DNA of 64,000 bases from Psammoneis japonica (GCA_008632985.1 QPGO01000124.1:62001-126000); one strand, 5' to 3'; shown: positions 26,165 to 39,477, counted from the stretch's first letter. Translations and numbers: made by a program. Notes: generated by a model from the letters alone, not told the origin.

Positions 26165-27598
26165 ATGGAGGACGACACCAACACAACGAAGAAGGTAGAT
26201 CTTCAAATCGACACTGGTATTCCTGAAGATTTGTCTCAGTTGAGTTTCTCCACCACCACCAGCACAACAATCGAATCCCGTTCCATATGCACGCCGACCG
26301 AAACGAGCCGCAGCGTTACTCTAACGCGTGAGGAACAGCAACAATGGCAGGATTTCTACAATCGTGTAAACAAGACCCCTCCAAAAGCCACTCGCAACAC
26401 GCGCTACAACCAAATTGTGGAACAGGTGGAACAGCTCCTCCACCTCTCGGATTCAGAGAATTTCAAAGACAAATCCTTTAACGACCTCAACGGCGATCAG
26501 CAAGCTGTCATGGTGTTCATGGTCGTGAAGAAAATGCATGAATGCTTTGGTCCTTCACAACACTTGGCAGCAAAAGCACTCATCAAAGCTCTGGACGAAG
26601 AATCGACGCACAAACGAATGTTGAGTTATGTGCGTCTCGGAGGCGACCGTAAATGCGTCAAATCCTTCCTGATGGTACAGAGCTACAACGTGTACATCAA
26701 CAAGTGTCCAGAATGGAAGGCAGAGACCGCAATCACGATCTTCAAAAAGTTTCCCAACATGAAACCTTTCACTCACCTACAGCACGAGGACTCGTATCTC
26801 TGTACGTATACCGCTTGTTCAGCACTCCTCTACTACTGCTCGCATCACGAGCGAAAGAGCAGCAATGACGACGAAAGCATTGCCGTCATCAAGATGAATG
26901 TTTCTCGATACGTACGAGATGAAGTCTCTGGAAGCGAGATTGCCAACTTTACCTTGACGGACATGAAGGGAGCCTACCTCAAGAAAGTGCTCCTCGGGTT
27001 GATCAAGAATTTCGGCACGGATGACTGCCAAGATGTTGAGAAGGTTACGACTTGGGGAGATAACGAATTGAACAACTATACCCAGCTGAAGCTGTATTTG
27101 GAGGAAGGTTTCCCTATTGTGTTGGGGATGGAAAGTGCACCAGCTTTTTCAGACTACAACAAACTACAATTTTTGGGGAAGATGTCGAACTACGTGGACA
27201 TGGGCGTTCGTCCCCAAAACCCACAAGACCGAAACTACCATGCCGTCTTGTGTGTTGGCATCAAACCACGTAATGGGAACATACCCCCGATGCTGCTTTT
27301 ACAAGACTCCTGCCATAGTCGGCCGTTCTTCTCAATCGGACTTGATCTGTTGATGAGCATGGGAATGAACGATTTAGAATTCTATACGGTTCCCGAAAAG
27401 TGGCGCTTCAACAAGAACATGGACTACGTGATGAAACCAGAAACGCAATCGCTGATCTGTGGTTCGCCCATGTCGTTTGAAAATGGTGCTCCTCGTGTTT
27501 TGGTGGCCGAGCAACCCGTGACGATTAGGCGCGATATGAGTCGATATTATGAAGTGGTGGATCCTCGTGACGGACCTTTTGTTTCTTGTACATACTAG
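26165..27598 (+). CDS. Intronless 477-aa protein with a C-terminal papain-like cysteine protease fold
   Basis: Intact ORF with normal Tyr/TpA content. Q..C motif (HLQHEDSYLCTY), His motif (YHAVLCVG) and third motif (LLLQDS) are in papain order. Confidence 0.7.
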   Translation: MEDDTNTTKKVDLQIDTGIPEDLSQLSFSTTTSTTIESRSICTPTETSRSVTLTREEQQQWQDFYNRVNKTPPKATRNTRYNQIVEQVEQLLHLSDSENFKDKSFNDLNGDQQAVMVFMVVKKMHECFGPSQHLAAKALIKALDEESTHKRMLSYVRLGGDRKCVKSFLMVQSYNVYINKCPEWKAETAITIFKKFPNMKPFTHLQHEDSYLCTYTACSALLYYCSHHERKSSNDDESIAVIKMNVSRYVRDEVSGSEIANFTLTDMKGAYLKKVLLGLIKNFGTDDCQDVEKVTTWGDNELNNYTQLKLYLEEGFPIVLGMESAPAFSDYNKLQFLGKMSNYVDMGVRPQNPQDRNYHAVLCVGIKPRNGNIPPMLLLQDSCHSRPFFSIGLDLLMSMGMNDLEFYTVPEKWRFNKNMDYVMKPETQSLICGSPMSFENGAPRVLVAEQPVTIRRDMSRYYEVVDPRDGPFVSCTY

Positions 27599-28259
27599 AA
27601 GATAAATCTCAAAGCCGTCGACTTTTTGCTTTGTTCTATCTGCATTTTATCTTATAGCTGGACTAGTACACTATATTGCCTGAAGCTGTTTCTGAGTTTC
27701 ATATGGCTGGTGCTATACGGTTGTGACCCTTTAAAAGGTGGCAGCTCATCAACCCGGTCACAGCCCCTCCACCAGCTCAGCCTTACTGGATGCCTCTGGT
27801 CCAATGGCTAACGGTCCACAAAAAGCGCAGCATGAAGAAGTGTCAAAGCTTTGGAGAAATGGGAGGGTGCAACTAGAGATAGACAATAGGAAAACGATTC
27901 TCTTTAATCTACATTAGATCTCTACAACTGTCAAAACTCAACATAGGTGTCAGACTCAATTCAGTCGCCTCGAGCGTTTGCTGCTTTCGTAGGCTTCAAA
28001 CTGACCCGCGTTTGCGCTCCGATCATGTTTGTGAAACTTGACCTTGATTGGAGCGCCTGCCCCTCAAGAATCGCAACATCGCTTTCGTACCAATTCATAA
28101 TCATGGGTGAGCTTAATTTCATTCTTGGCTTCATGTGTTTTGTGTGAAGAAATGAAGGGAGATTCTGACGTGAGTGAGGAACTAATGTGACAAGCATGTC
28201 TAGTAGAAGTAGAAAGGGAAGGAAATGTATGTTTTAAGGACAAGCTTTTCTGAGAGTCT

Positions 28260-28530
28260 AATTCACGGAAATGCACGGAATTTGCGCGCCACTCCGTGGC
28301 CAAACCAGGGGGTCACGGAATGTGACATCACGGGACAAGAAGAAAAATGGAGCTCATGTTCCGACTCATTCCCTGTCACTTCACGGAACAAGCATGTTCC
28401 GATGCCTCAATCCGCAGGTCTAAAATGGGCCTTTTTTCTTGCACTCCGATTGTCAGTCCGTTTCCTGCATTCCGTTCAACACATTCCGTGGAAGGAACGG
28501 AATTGACATTTCGCACAACACGGAATGTGC
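28260..28530. repeat. Cluster of cacggaa/ttccg motifs, probable MITE subterminal region
   Basis: Repeated cacggaa motifs with inverted ttccg(t) counterparts. Ends not resolved. Confidence 0.4.
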
Positions 28531-28676
28531 TGTGTCCCAACCAAAGCAAAGGATTGGAACGCTGCTTGGAATGTCTGCTGTGTGGAAAGCTGTCGGAGTG
28601 CTGTTGTGGCATCCACTGCTTTTGTCTGCTCTGCTCTGGCCACTGCATGTCGAGAGCGGAGTTGCTCTGCCCTCGG

Positions 28677-30482
28677 TGTTAGAAATTGAAGGGAAATGGC
28701 AAGAATTCAAACAATGGCTCCTTGCTGCTGTCTAAACAGCAGATGAGTCTCTGCTCAGAGACCGTTGCAGGAGCCGAAAGATGTGTGAGTCGGTGTGATC
28801 GGGCTGCTGTTGTTGTTCTTGTGAGCCTTGTGGCTCAAAAGCAAACTGCATCACGCGCGAATGCGCAGAACTGAAGCACACAAAACTGTGCGCGGCAAAC
28901 TAAACAGCGCGCGACATTTCGCGCGCACCCAAATCCTGTTCAAATCCTGTCACTCCCCAGTTTGCTTGAGGAGCCACAGAAACAGATTCGACTTCGGATG
29001 GAATGAAGTTCCAGAACATGAGGGGGTGGAGAAGGTCCCAGATTTGGGAGCAACCCCAATGCTTGCTGAGAATGTCAGCAGGGTTGCGGGAGCCTTCGAT
29101 GAAGTGGAACTCAAGGCAACCAGAGACAATTGCCTCACGCACACGGTGGAACGACAGTGCGGTGTGTCGCTTGTGTAACTTGGAGTGCGGGATGGTGGCA
29201 CTGTCTACAACCGACTTGTTGTCACCGAACATGCAACTGACATTACGGATCGGGACGCCAAGGTGGCGCAGGGTGATGCGCAGGTTGACAATCTGCTTGA
29301 CACAAGTCCTTGCGGCAACAAATTCAGACCTGCAGGTCGCAGTCTCCATGGTGGCTTGCTTCTCAGAGAACCAATCAGCCGGGAATTTGTTGAGGAAGTG
29401 GAGCATTCCCATGACAGAGCGTCCGGTGAGCATGCAATGGCACAAGTTTGCATCGACGTAGTGGGTGGCAGTGACGAACTTGCCAAGGGGCGGTGGAGCA
29501 TCCTTCGGGATCATCTCTTCTGCTTCGCCGCACACGGAATGCATCCATTCATGGGCCGGAGCAGGGAGATCCGAACAGTCGGGCTCTTCCGTGCGAACGC
29601 GGAGAGCGCCGTGTCGCATCTTGGAGAGACACCCACAGACACGTTTGGCACGATCCAAGTGGCCTTGACGGGGCACAGCTCGGAAGCTAGAGAGTGACAT
29701 GACAGCCGTGGTGATGTCAATTCGACCAAGGGACACTGCCCATTGGAGTGAACCAACAAGAGACTGGAACTTGTGAATGCCATCGGGCCCCAGCAGTTCG
29801 GAAGTGTCCAGTTTGGGGTGGTCACCCTTCTCCAGAGGTGACAGGGCGTTGGTGGTGGGTTTCTCCCCAAACAATCGGGTGCAGCTGTCGACCATGCGCT
29901 CGATGCACTTGCGCAGAGACAGGCACAAGGTGCCGTCGGGATCCCGGGAAAAGTTGCAGCCCAGATGGAACTCAATGGGTCCCGCACCCTTGAGCTTGAA
30001 CTTGCACTTTTCCGTGAGAGCATCGACGAAAGATTGAGGGTCCTTCACAGCAATGGCAAGGTCATCCACATGGACGGCAACGTGTTCACAGTGGTCGCCG
30101 TTCCTGCGCACCCAAATGTTGGGTTCGGCGCGGCAGGGGAAGAAGCCTTCAGCTCGCAGGCAGTCAGTGAAGCGCTCGTGCCAGCAGAGACCGGAGCTGC
30201 GCAGTCCACACAGGGCCTTGTGGATGACAAGGATGTGTCCTTCGAGTTTGCCAAATTCGGGTCCGGCCACAATGTAGAGCTTCTCCTTGGTGGTGGCTTC
30301 AAGGCAGGCATTGCCAATGTCGGTGGCCCATGTCTCCAACTCGTTGAGTTCGGCCAGGAAAATCATCAGCCAAAGGCCACGGAGGGAGACTACTCCGGAG
30401 TAGACACTGTCGATGGGTACGTCCGTGAGGTGCCCATCGGCTACGAGAGTTGTGCCTTGTGGCGACCGTCGTGTTTCACGTC
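28677..30482 (-). mobile_element. 5'-truncated Ty1/Copia copy (RT-RNase H plus 3' LTR 28677-28952), same family as 33024-39700, inverted
   Basis: ORF 28900..30549 is nearly identical to the C-terminus of 34717..39477, and PPT plus 276-bp LTR are present. Homology stops abruptly at ~30482. The RT motif reads HVDD. Confidence 0.93.
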
Positions 30483-33023
30483 CACGACGCTTTTGGGCCA
30501 CGTCCGCGCGGCCATCGCTGTGATTTTCGACAAAACGCTCATAACCCATAAAATCAATTTTTCTTCATCCAAAACGCAGACACGCGACGCAACTCAAGTC
30601 GACCATGGGATCGGTTGCGGCGGCGGCAATATTTAACACCAAGTGTAAGAAACACCTGGAGAGTATGTTAAAACCTCATTATGATGATAAGGTAAGGGTG
30701 ATAAAGCAAGGCATCTTCATTTGATGCCTTTAATCGTCATCTGAACTTTTCACTCAATTTCTTTGTTTCTTCTGCATCCGACACGACAGCAAATGTTTTG
30801 AAGGTGTAAAGTGGAAGGTATTAGGCAGGTACCCATGACTTGGACGATATATTCGATAAAGATGACATAGAAAGGCACAAGTTCTTTCTTTGGCAGTGTT
30901 TTCCGTTTCAAAAACAAAAGCAAGCGCGGAAATCCTTGCTCACAACGATCATTTGCAACATTCAAATCGACTCAATGTCTACGTTATTCCATCCAAATGA
31001 TTCATCAACGGCTAAAACACCACCCTCTATGTCTAAATGAGACGATCCTGGGCAGTTATCAGTTGTCAAAAATTTATGAGAGTTCCTGAGGAGCCGCAAG
31101 CAGTTGGACCTCGGATCCTTTGAACATGCCAGCTCCAACCAAATCGATTCGGAGCACGGCTTAAATTGTTCATATTGTCTGCAAAGAGGCGTTTTGAAGC
31201 GGTATATATTTCTAAGATCGGGATCAAACTGTAGAAAATGCTGCCAGTGATAGGTAAATGACGACAGCTGGCCGGAACCCATTTGTCGGACACCATTTTC
31301 ATCATTTTGTACAGCATGCACGGAACGATGCGCAGTTTGTCAATAATGTAGATTGAAGGCTTTAAAATAGTGCAGGAAGCATCTAACACATAGAAGGACA
31401 TTAAATATGAGCAATAGCAAGAGTCAACAAACACAATTAGTGACATTGAAGCCCGAAAGTAGGATTGATCCGGAACTTGGTGTGAGCAGGTGGTTCTCTC
31501 TGCAAGGCTCCAAGCGCTAGAAATCACTACTGCAATGATGAGAATAGAATTGTCAATGAGTAATTTTGACAAAAGTGGTATAGACTAGTGCTGTTAATGG
31601 CTAATTATGACTAGGAGCTACATGCCACGACCTCGAGGAGATGCACATGCCACGGCAGATTGAACTGGCAGACCCCAGCATGCCGAGAAAACACTCGTAT
31701 CAATGTCTATTCTCTGCTGAGCATAGTTACAGTTCGATCTTGAAGGTTTGAGGGTCTCGGCAAAGCCCCTTTGAGGGACAAACAAGGTTTACAACTGTGC
31801 TTTGCATCGATTTGGCTGCAGGTGCTAGATTCGCAGAAGTCTGAGTCCACCTGCTTGCGGGCCCTCACGTCCTTGAATTGCTCTTTTGTTACCTTGTCTT
31901 GCCCATAGTAGCTTCCTTTATTACATGAAGGGGCTCTCTAATTCCTTGAACAACCCCTCCTCATGAATTTCTTGGCATTCTGAGTCGATCAGGCGGTTGC
32001 AATAGGAAAAGGCGACGGATGCACTTGTGGATGAGCTCTTGTTTTCAGCTCAGCATCACCTCCCACAACAGTCAGGATATTTTCTCCTTCATCTCGATCA
32101 TAAATATCGACGAATGAACGTTATCTTATGCCGTACCTTCAATGTTGAACCTTGAGAACGTCGCCTGAAGTTGTCGGAAGCAGCGACATCGGGTGAAACA
32201 AGTGGGCGGCAGCAAAAGTCTTTTTTTCGCTCTGTAAGTCCCAAGATTCGCAATGTTTTTACATAGAACGACAGACATGTAAGTAAATGATGAGATACAA
32301 TTGAAACATTGCGAATGTTGACCCAAGAACGCAAGCAGTAACGTTCTTACCGATGAACGGCGACTCACCATTTTCGTTCCGTAACTTTTACGCATTTTTT
32401 GTACTGTGAATTGTGGGAGGCAGATCTGAATTTCGGCCCAAAAAAAAGAAGGAAGGAGCGGCTTTTCAGTACTGCCGTAGAATCTACGTGCAAGATGACG
32501 TCACAGTACAAAATGCCATTTCTACGCAGCGGTGGCCGCTCCGCGAGCGTCGTGCATCAATCGCGCGATTTTGATGATTACAGTCCTACGGCACACGGTA
32601 CGTCGCGGTCGCATCTTTGATCTCAACCGGTCATTTTTTGGACGGACAATGGCAAGACTCCCGACATTCCATCGTGCCGTGCTTGCACCCACACACTGCG
32701 TGTGCGCCAGTCCATTGTTTACAAAATCACCAACATGGACTGACCTAAACAAAGCTGTGATGTAGAGAGAAAGTTGGGGTGCCAGACTGACACCGACCTT
32801 GCTGGTTGCAGAGCGTTCCATGAAAAAGAGAGACTGCTTTTTTTCTTGTTTTTGCCCCCCCCCCCCCCACTGGCTCCAATCCCAGGTCGGACTCTGTGTG
32901 ACATTGGGCCCGTAGAATTCCACGTGTGAGCTCTGTGGCAAATGTTTTAAGCAATGAAAATGTGGATGATTGCCAACAGAAAAAGAGGCAATTTTACGAA
33001 CGCATCTCCTCCTTCACACTTGC

Positions 33024-33299
33024 TGACAGGATTTGAACAGGATTTGGATGCGCGCGAAGTGTCGCGCGCTGTTTAGTTTACCGCGCACAGTTTTGTGTGC
33101 TTTAGTTCCGCGCGTTCACGCGCAATGTAGTTTGCTTTCGAGCCACAAGGCTCACAAGAATGACAACAGCAGCCCGATTGCACCGACTCACACGTCTTTC
33201 GGCTCCTGCAACGGTCTCTGAGCGGAGACTCATCTGCTGTTTAGACAGCAGCAAGGAGTCATTGTTTGAATTCTTGCCATTTGCCTTCAATTTCTGTCA
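33024..33299 (+). repeat. Copia 5' LTR
   Basis: Aligns without gaps to 39425-39700. Confidence 0.97.
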
Positions 33300-33310
33300 G
33301 ATTAACAGTC
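33300..33310 (+). other. Putative primer-binding site complementary to a tRNA-Asn(GUU) anticodon arm
   Basis: gattaacagtc directly follows the LTR. Its reverse complement GACTGTTAATC contains the CTGTTAA anticodon loop. Confidence 0.45.
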
Positions 33311-34240
33311 TTGCTCATTGTCAACCCATTGAGCAACCGCCATCGTCGTCGTTGATTTACCAACGACGCTGTTTCAATTCTGCGTGGACCTCCGCATGTG
33401 TTCTACATGCATCGGCAAGTCTACGCGCATCCAACACCAGGGCATCGGCAGGAAGTTAACGTCACCGTCAAGTCTCCTTACCGCTGGATGTCTGGATTGA
33501 TCACACTACCTTTGATCGCTGAAGACATGCATTCAATGGTCATGTCCAAGTCCATCCTTGATCCTCATCCCTTGACACACCTGTTCATCGGTTGACGGTC
33601 AAGAACCCTGCATGTCCAAGGATCTTTGTCGCTGAAGACATGTGTGTATGCATGCATGTCTTCACGGCCAAGAACCTGTGCCCACCCTTCGGACTGCGGT
33701 TTTGCTGCCACTCTACAAGCACACCGAGTCCATTGCACCTGATCCACCCCGGACTGCTGGTGCTCTACAGTTCTGCTAGGTCCACGAGGACGACTGTGAG
33801 AGCAAGCAGCCGTGATTGCAGCCTACGTTGGGGCGAGGGTGCTTTCCCGCGTTTGTTCGTTCGTCCACAGCGCCTGACGCCTGCGTCAACTGGCCAGCCT
33901 GATCGGGAAATCCAACCGACATAAAATAAGAACGGTTCGGGGGTCTTGTCCACCTCTAGTCAGCTTACCTGCAGGGGTTTACAACCCGCTGCTCCGCTCG
34001 CAAGCAACCCAAAGCGCCACCAGCTGCGGGTTCGGACATGCCGGCACAACTCTATGGACCGGACAGGAAGTTTAGCACTTGACAACGAACGGGATGACAA
34101 AGCCCGGCGACTTCTGATTTTAAGACAGTTCAAGATTTCAAGTCAAGTCTGTTTCAAGTCAAGTCCATTCTCACCCAAGTTTCAAGTCTGCCTTCGCTTC
34201 CCAACCAGAATTGATTGTCCTGACACCACTTTTGTCTACC

Positions 34241-37200
34241 ATGGTTCTCACTCGTCAGCAACAAACCGATGGTTTCGAGCACGTTGTTGGAACCGTGCTT
34301 GCCCAAGGTGCTGGGAGTCCTCTTCGTTTGGCTTTGGCCCAAGACGGCACGGACTCGCATCAGGAACTGTTCACGTTCATGCCGTCCCAAATCGACTCGC
34401 TTGAGTGCGACAACGGCACTGATGCAATCCCTTTGCCCCGTGGTTATAAGAACATGTTAGCAGCACTAGTTAGCCTGTACATTGTCAAAGCACACAAAGG
34501 TCTTGACGTTGCCAATGACTCCTCTTTGTTCACGCATGACGAGTTCCTTGCCTGCCGCCTCAGCCCGGACTGCATGTCCTCTCTGTCCATCGGCAGCTCA
34601 CCCCTTGCACCTCCACATGTCACCAACCCAACCAAGGCACGCGACCCGGTGCGAGACTTCAAGCGAGGCATCAAGCGTGATCCCACCGCTTTCACGGCTC
34701 TCAAATCCGACAAGCAGTGGCACACTTGGCACACCTCACTTGTGGCACAAGCCCGTGCCCAAGACGTCGCTCCTTGTCTGAGTGCGCGCTTGCCTCCACC
34801 CGTGCATCTGTCGAGTCCTCCACCCTGCTCACGCACCTCACCACCGCACGTCTTGGTGATGGCACTTGGAAAGGTCCGACCCACGGGTTCATCCTTCATT
34901 GGCAAGATCAGTTGCGCAAGTGCGAGGCACTCATCCCCGCCAGTGACCACTTCTCTGAAGGACAGAAGCGCGTCATGCTCGAGAATGCCGTGCACCCTGT
35001 CGAGGAACTCCGTGCTGTCAAGAACCAAGCTGATCAGCATCGTACGCAGAGTGGCAAGAGCCTCACATGCAATCAATGCTGTGGCTTGCTCCTCTCTGCG
35101 GCAGCTCAGTGCGACAGCACGTTTCAACCCAAGACGACACCTCGAGCTCCCCGACGCACCACACACGCACACGACGTCTGCTCCGAGGAACCGTCCAACG
35201 ATGTGTTCTACGACATTGACAGCGACGTTGACGTCCTTCAAGCCAATGCTGCCTGCACCCGCGGTCCCAGCCTCACCGGTGTCCAATGGAGACGTCTCCC
35301 TCCCGACCACCAACGGCTCTGGGATTCGTTGCCCGATTCCTCCAAGGCGATCATCCTTGAGCACTCTCGTCCGCCTCCCCGCAACCCGAGAGCCAGCAAC
35401 TGCCATGAGTCCGTTACGGCCAACCTTCACGACCAACACCTTGGGAGTGACGGTGATGTCAACTTGTCCAACACGACTCCTGCTGACTGTGGTGACTCCG
35501 CTGCACATGTGGATGCCACTTCGGATGATCCCATCCTGGCGCACCTCACCAAGCGCAAGCCACTGCCACCCGGTGATCTGCAACGTCTGTTGTCACCTAA
35601 CCAAGCCCCCAATGCCAGTCGACCAGGGCCATCCGCCGCTTCCTCTACCCCGCCAGCTCCTGCAGATGACATGGAACTTAACGGCCGCACTTGCCGCCGC
35701 GTTGACAACCACAATGTCATTTGCTCTGCCTCTGCTCATCGCTCCACACGCACTGGCGCTCTAGTCGATCGTGGGGCCAACGGCGGCATTGCTGGCGACG
35801 ACGTTCGCGTCATTGCACGCACCTCTCGCCAAGTCGACGTTCAGGGCATTGATGATCATCAATTGGTGGACATCCCCATTGTCACCGCTGGTGCCGTCAT
35901 TGAGACCCAGCGTGGTCCCGTCATCGCCATCCTCCATCAGTGTGCATGCACGGGAAAGGGCAAGACCATCCATTCCTGCGGCCAGCTCGAATGGCACAAA
36001 CAGGATGTCAACGATCGCTCTGTCAAGGTGCCCAACGGCTTGCAACGTGTTGCCACTCCTGATGGCTATGTCATCCCCATTGACATCAAGGCTGGCCTGC
36101 CTCATGTTGCCATGCGACCTTACACTGACGCCGAATGGGACACCCTGCCCCATGTCATCCTCACCGGTGATGACACATGGGACCCTTCCGTCCTCGATCA
36201 CTCTGTCACTGACGACGACCAGTGGTACGACGCGATCTCTGACCTGCAGGACGATCCCACTGCCAACCTATTTGACGAATGCGGCAACTACCGTCACCGT
36301 GTCGTTGTCAACGAGACCATCTTGTCCGCTTCCTTGTCTGCCGATCACGCATCCGCCCTCGATGATCACCTCATTCCGAACAACGACGTGTTCTACGAGT
36401 GTCATCTGCATGCGATTGACCCCAATGGCGATGACGTTCCACCTCCGGAGCGCACTGTACAGCCCAAGGACCCCCCCTTCGAGTCTCTTCGGCCTTGCTT
36501 TGGCTTCCTACCTGTCGATGCGGTCCGTCGCACTTTTGACTGCACCACGCAGTACGCCCGCATGCCCGCCGGTACACACCTTCGCAAGGCCTGCAAATCA
36601 CCCAACCCCGCCCTTGATGTGCACCGCCGCAACGAGCCTGTCGCCACTGACACCGTTTACGCCGACACCCCGGCCGTCGACTCCGGTTGCACCAGCGCCC
36701 AACTGTTTGTTGGCACCGAGTCTACCGTCACCGACGTCTACGGCACTAAGACGGACAAAGAGTTTGTCAACACACTCGAGGATCAGATCCGTGAACGTGG
36801 TGCCCCATCCAAACTCATTAGCGACCGTGCTCAAGTTGAGATCAGCAACAAAGTGCTCGGGATCCTACGCGCCCTCTTCATCTCCAGCTGGCAAAGTGAG
36901 CCTCACCAGCAACACCAAAACTTTGCCGAGCATCGACACCAGACCGTGAAGCGCATGGCGAACACTGTCATGGACCGTTTTGGTTCGCCCGCCCACACAT
37001 GGCTGCTGGCGCTCATGTGCGTGTGCTTCACACTCAACCACACAGCGTCCCCACGTCTCCACTGGCGCACGCCCCTCGAGACTCTCACTGGATCCACCCC
37101 GGACATCAGCCCATTGCTTCGCTTTCACTGGTGGGAACCAGTGTACTTCCACCTCGATGACTCCGATTGGCCGTCCGAATCCCGTGAGTTGCGTGGACGT

Positions 37201-39477
37201 ACCTTCCTCATGCAGCCACAAGAGGACGGACAACGCCACAGAGCTTGCATCGTCAAGGCCGTCGAAGACCACGAATGGAAAGTGAACGGCAATCCCGAGC
37301 TCACTAAGTTCGTCTGCTCTGTCAACAATGACGAACATGAGGAAGTCCTTGCCTGCAATGACATCATGAATCACATTGAGCAAGAAGACGAAGACACCAC
37401 CATTTGGAAATTTCGACGCATCGCATCACACGAAGGACCTCTGAAGCCTCACGACCCAACCTGGAAAGGCTCAAGCTACAACATCATGCTTGAATGGGAA
37501 AGTGGGGAGATCACGTCCGAGCCTCTTGCCATCATCGCCAAGGACGACCCCGTCACCTGTGCCATCTATGCACGAGAGAATGGACTCCTCGACACGGATG
37601 GCTGGAAGCGGTTCCGCACTATCGCGAGGCGCCAAAAGAAGCTATTTCGCATGGCCAACCAAGCCAAGCTTCGCTCCTTCCGCACTGCACCTCGCTACAA
37701 GTGCGGATGCGAAGTTCCCCGGAACTACAAACACGCCATGTCACCAGACGAACGCAACGGCAACCGCAAGTGGGGAGACGCAACTAATCTCGAGATGGAC
37801 CAACTCGACGAATACGAAGTCTTCCATGACTGCGGGCCCTTCAAGTCTTCCACTCCTCCTGCGGGACACAAGAAGATCCGAGTGCACCTGGTGTACGACG
37901 TGAAACACGACGGTCGCCACAAGGCACGACTCGTAGCCGACGGGCACCTCACGGACGTACCCATTGACAGTGTCTACTCCGGAGCAGTCTCCCTCCGTGG
38001 CCTTCGGCTGATGATTTTCCTGGCCGAACTCAACGAGCTGGAGACATGGGCCACCGACATTGGCAATGCCTGCCTTGAAGCCACCACCAAGGAGAAGCTT
38101 TACATTGTAGCTGGACCCGAATTTGGCAAACTCGAAGGACACATCCTTGTCATCCACAAGGCACTGTATGGACTGCGCAGCTCCGGTCTCCGCTGGCACG
38201 AGTGCTTCGCCGACTGCCTGCGAGCTGAAGGCTTCTTCCCCTGCCGCGCCGAACCCGACATTTGGATGCGCAGGAACGGCGACCACTGTGAATACATTGC
38301 CGTTTATGTGGATGACCTCGCCATTGCCATGAAGGACCCCCAATCTTTCGTCGACACTCTCACGGAAAAGTGCAAGTTCAAGCTCAAGGGTGCGGGACCC
38401 ATTGAGTTCCATCTGGGTTGCGATTTTTCCCGGGACCCCGACGGAACCTTGTGCCTGTCTCCGCGCAAGTACATCGAGCGCATGGTCGACAGCTGCGCCC
38501 GACTGTTTGGGGAGAAACCTGCCACCAATGCCCTGTCACCTCTAGAGAAGGGTGACCACCCCGAACTGGACACTTCCAAACTGCTGGGACCCGATGGCAT
38601 TCACAAGTTCCAGTCTCTTGTTGGTTCACTCCAATGGGCAGTGTCCCTTGGTCGAATTGACATTGCCACGGCTGTCATGTCACTCTCTAGCTTCCGAGCT
38701 GCGCCCCGTCAAGGCCACTTGGATCGTGCCAAACGCGTGTGTGGGCACCTCTCCAAGATGCGACACGGTGCTCTCCGCGTTCGCACGGAAGAGCCTGACT
38801 GTTCGGATCTCCCTGCTCCGGCCCATGAATGGATGCATTCCGTGTATGGTGAAGCAGAAGAGATGATCCCGAAGGACGCTCCACCGCCCCTTGGCAAGTT
38901 CGTCACTGCCACCCACTACGTCGATGCAAACTTGCACCATTGCATGCTCACCGGACACTCTGTCATGGGAATGCTCCACTTCCTCAACAAATTCCCGGCT
39001 GATTGGTTCTCCAAGAAACAAGCCACCGTGGAGACTGCAACCTACGGATCTGAATTTGTTGCCGCAAGGAATTGTGTTGAGCAGATTATCGACCTGCGCA
39101 TCACCCTGCGCTGCCTTGGCGTCCCGATCCGTAATGTTAGTTACATGTTCGGTGACAACAAGTCGGTTGTAGACAATGCCACCATCCCGCACTCCAAGTT
39201 ACACAAGCGACACACCGCACTGTCGTTCCACCGTGTGCGTGAGGCAATTGCCTCTGGTTACCTTGAGTTCCACTTCATCGAAGGCTCCCGCAACCCTGCT
39301 GACATTCTCAGCAAGCATTGGGGTTGCTCCCAAATCTGGGACCTTCTCCGCCCCCTCATGTTCTGGAACTTCATTCCATCCGAAGTCGAATCTGTTTCTG
39401 TAGCTCCTCAAGCAAACTGGGGAGTGACAGGATTTGAACAGGATTTGGATGCGCGCGAAGTATCGTGCGCTGTTTAG
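34241..39477 (+). pseudogene. Copia gag-pol polyprotein, defective
   Basis: gag starts MVLTRQQ with FKRGIKRD; protease LVDRGANGG; integrase VATDTVY...ISDRAQ...SEPHQQHQNFAE; RT YVDD; RNase H YVDAN...SEF...DNKS...NPADI. Frame break at ~34770, apparent in-frame deletion at ~37198, many Y->C/H. Confidence 0.93.

Noticed and set aside
30640..32400. Possible gene on the minus strand
   Set aside because: Several coding-like stretches, but no recognisable family and no consistent exon structure by eye.
34444..36949. Long alternative-frame and antisense ORFs (379, 392, 517 aa tail) within Copia
   Set aside because: Shadows of a GC-rich, stop-depleted coding region with no recognisable motifs.
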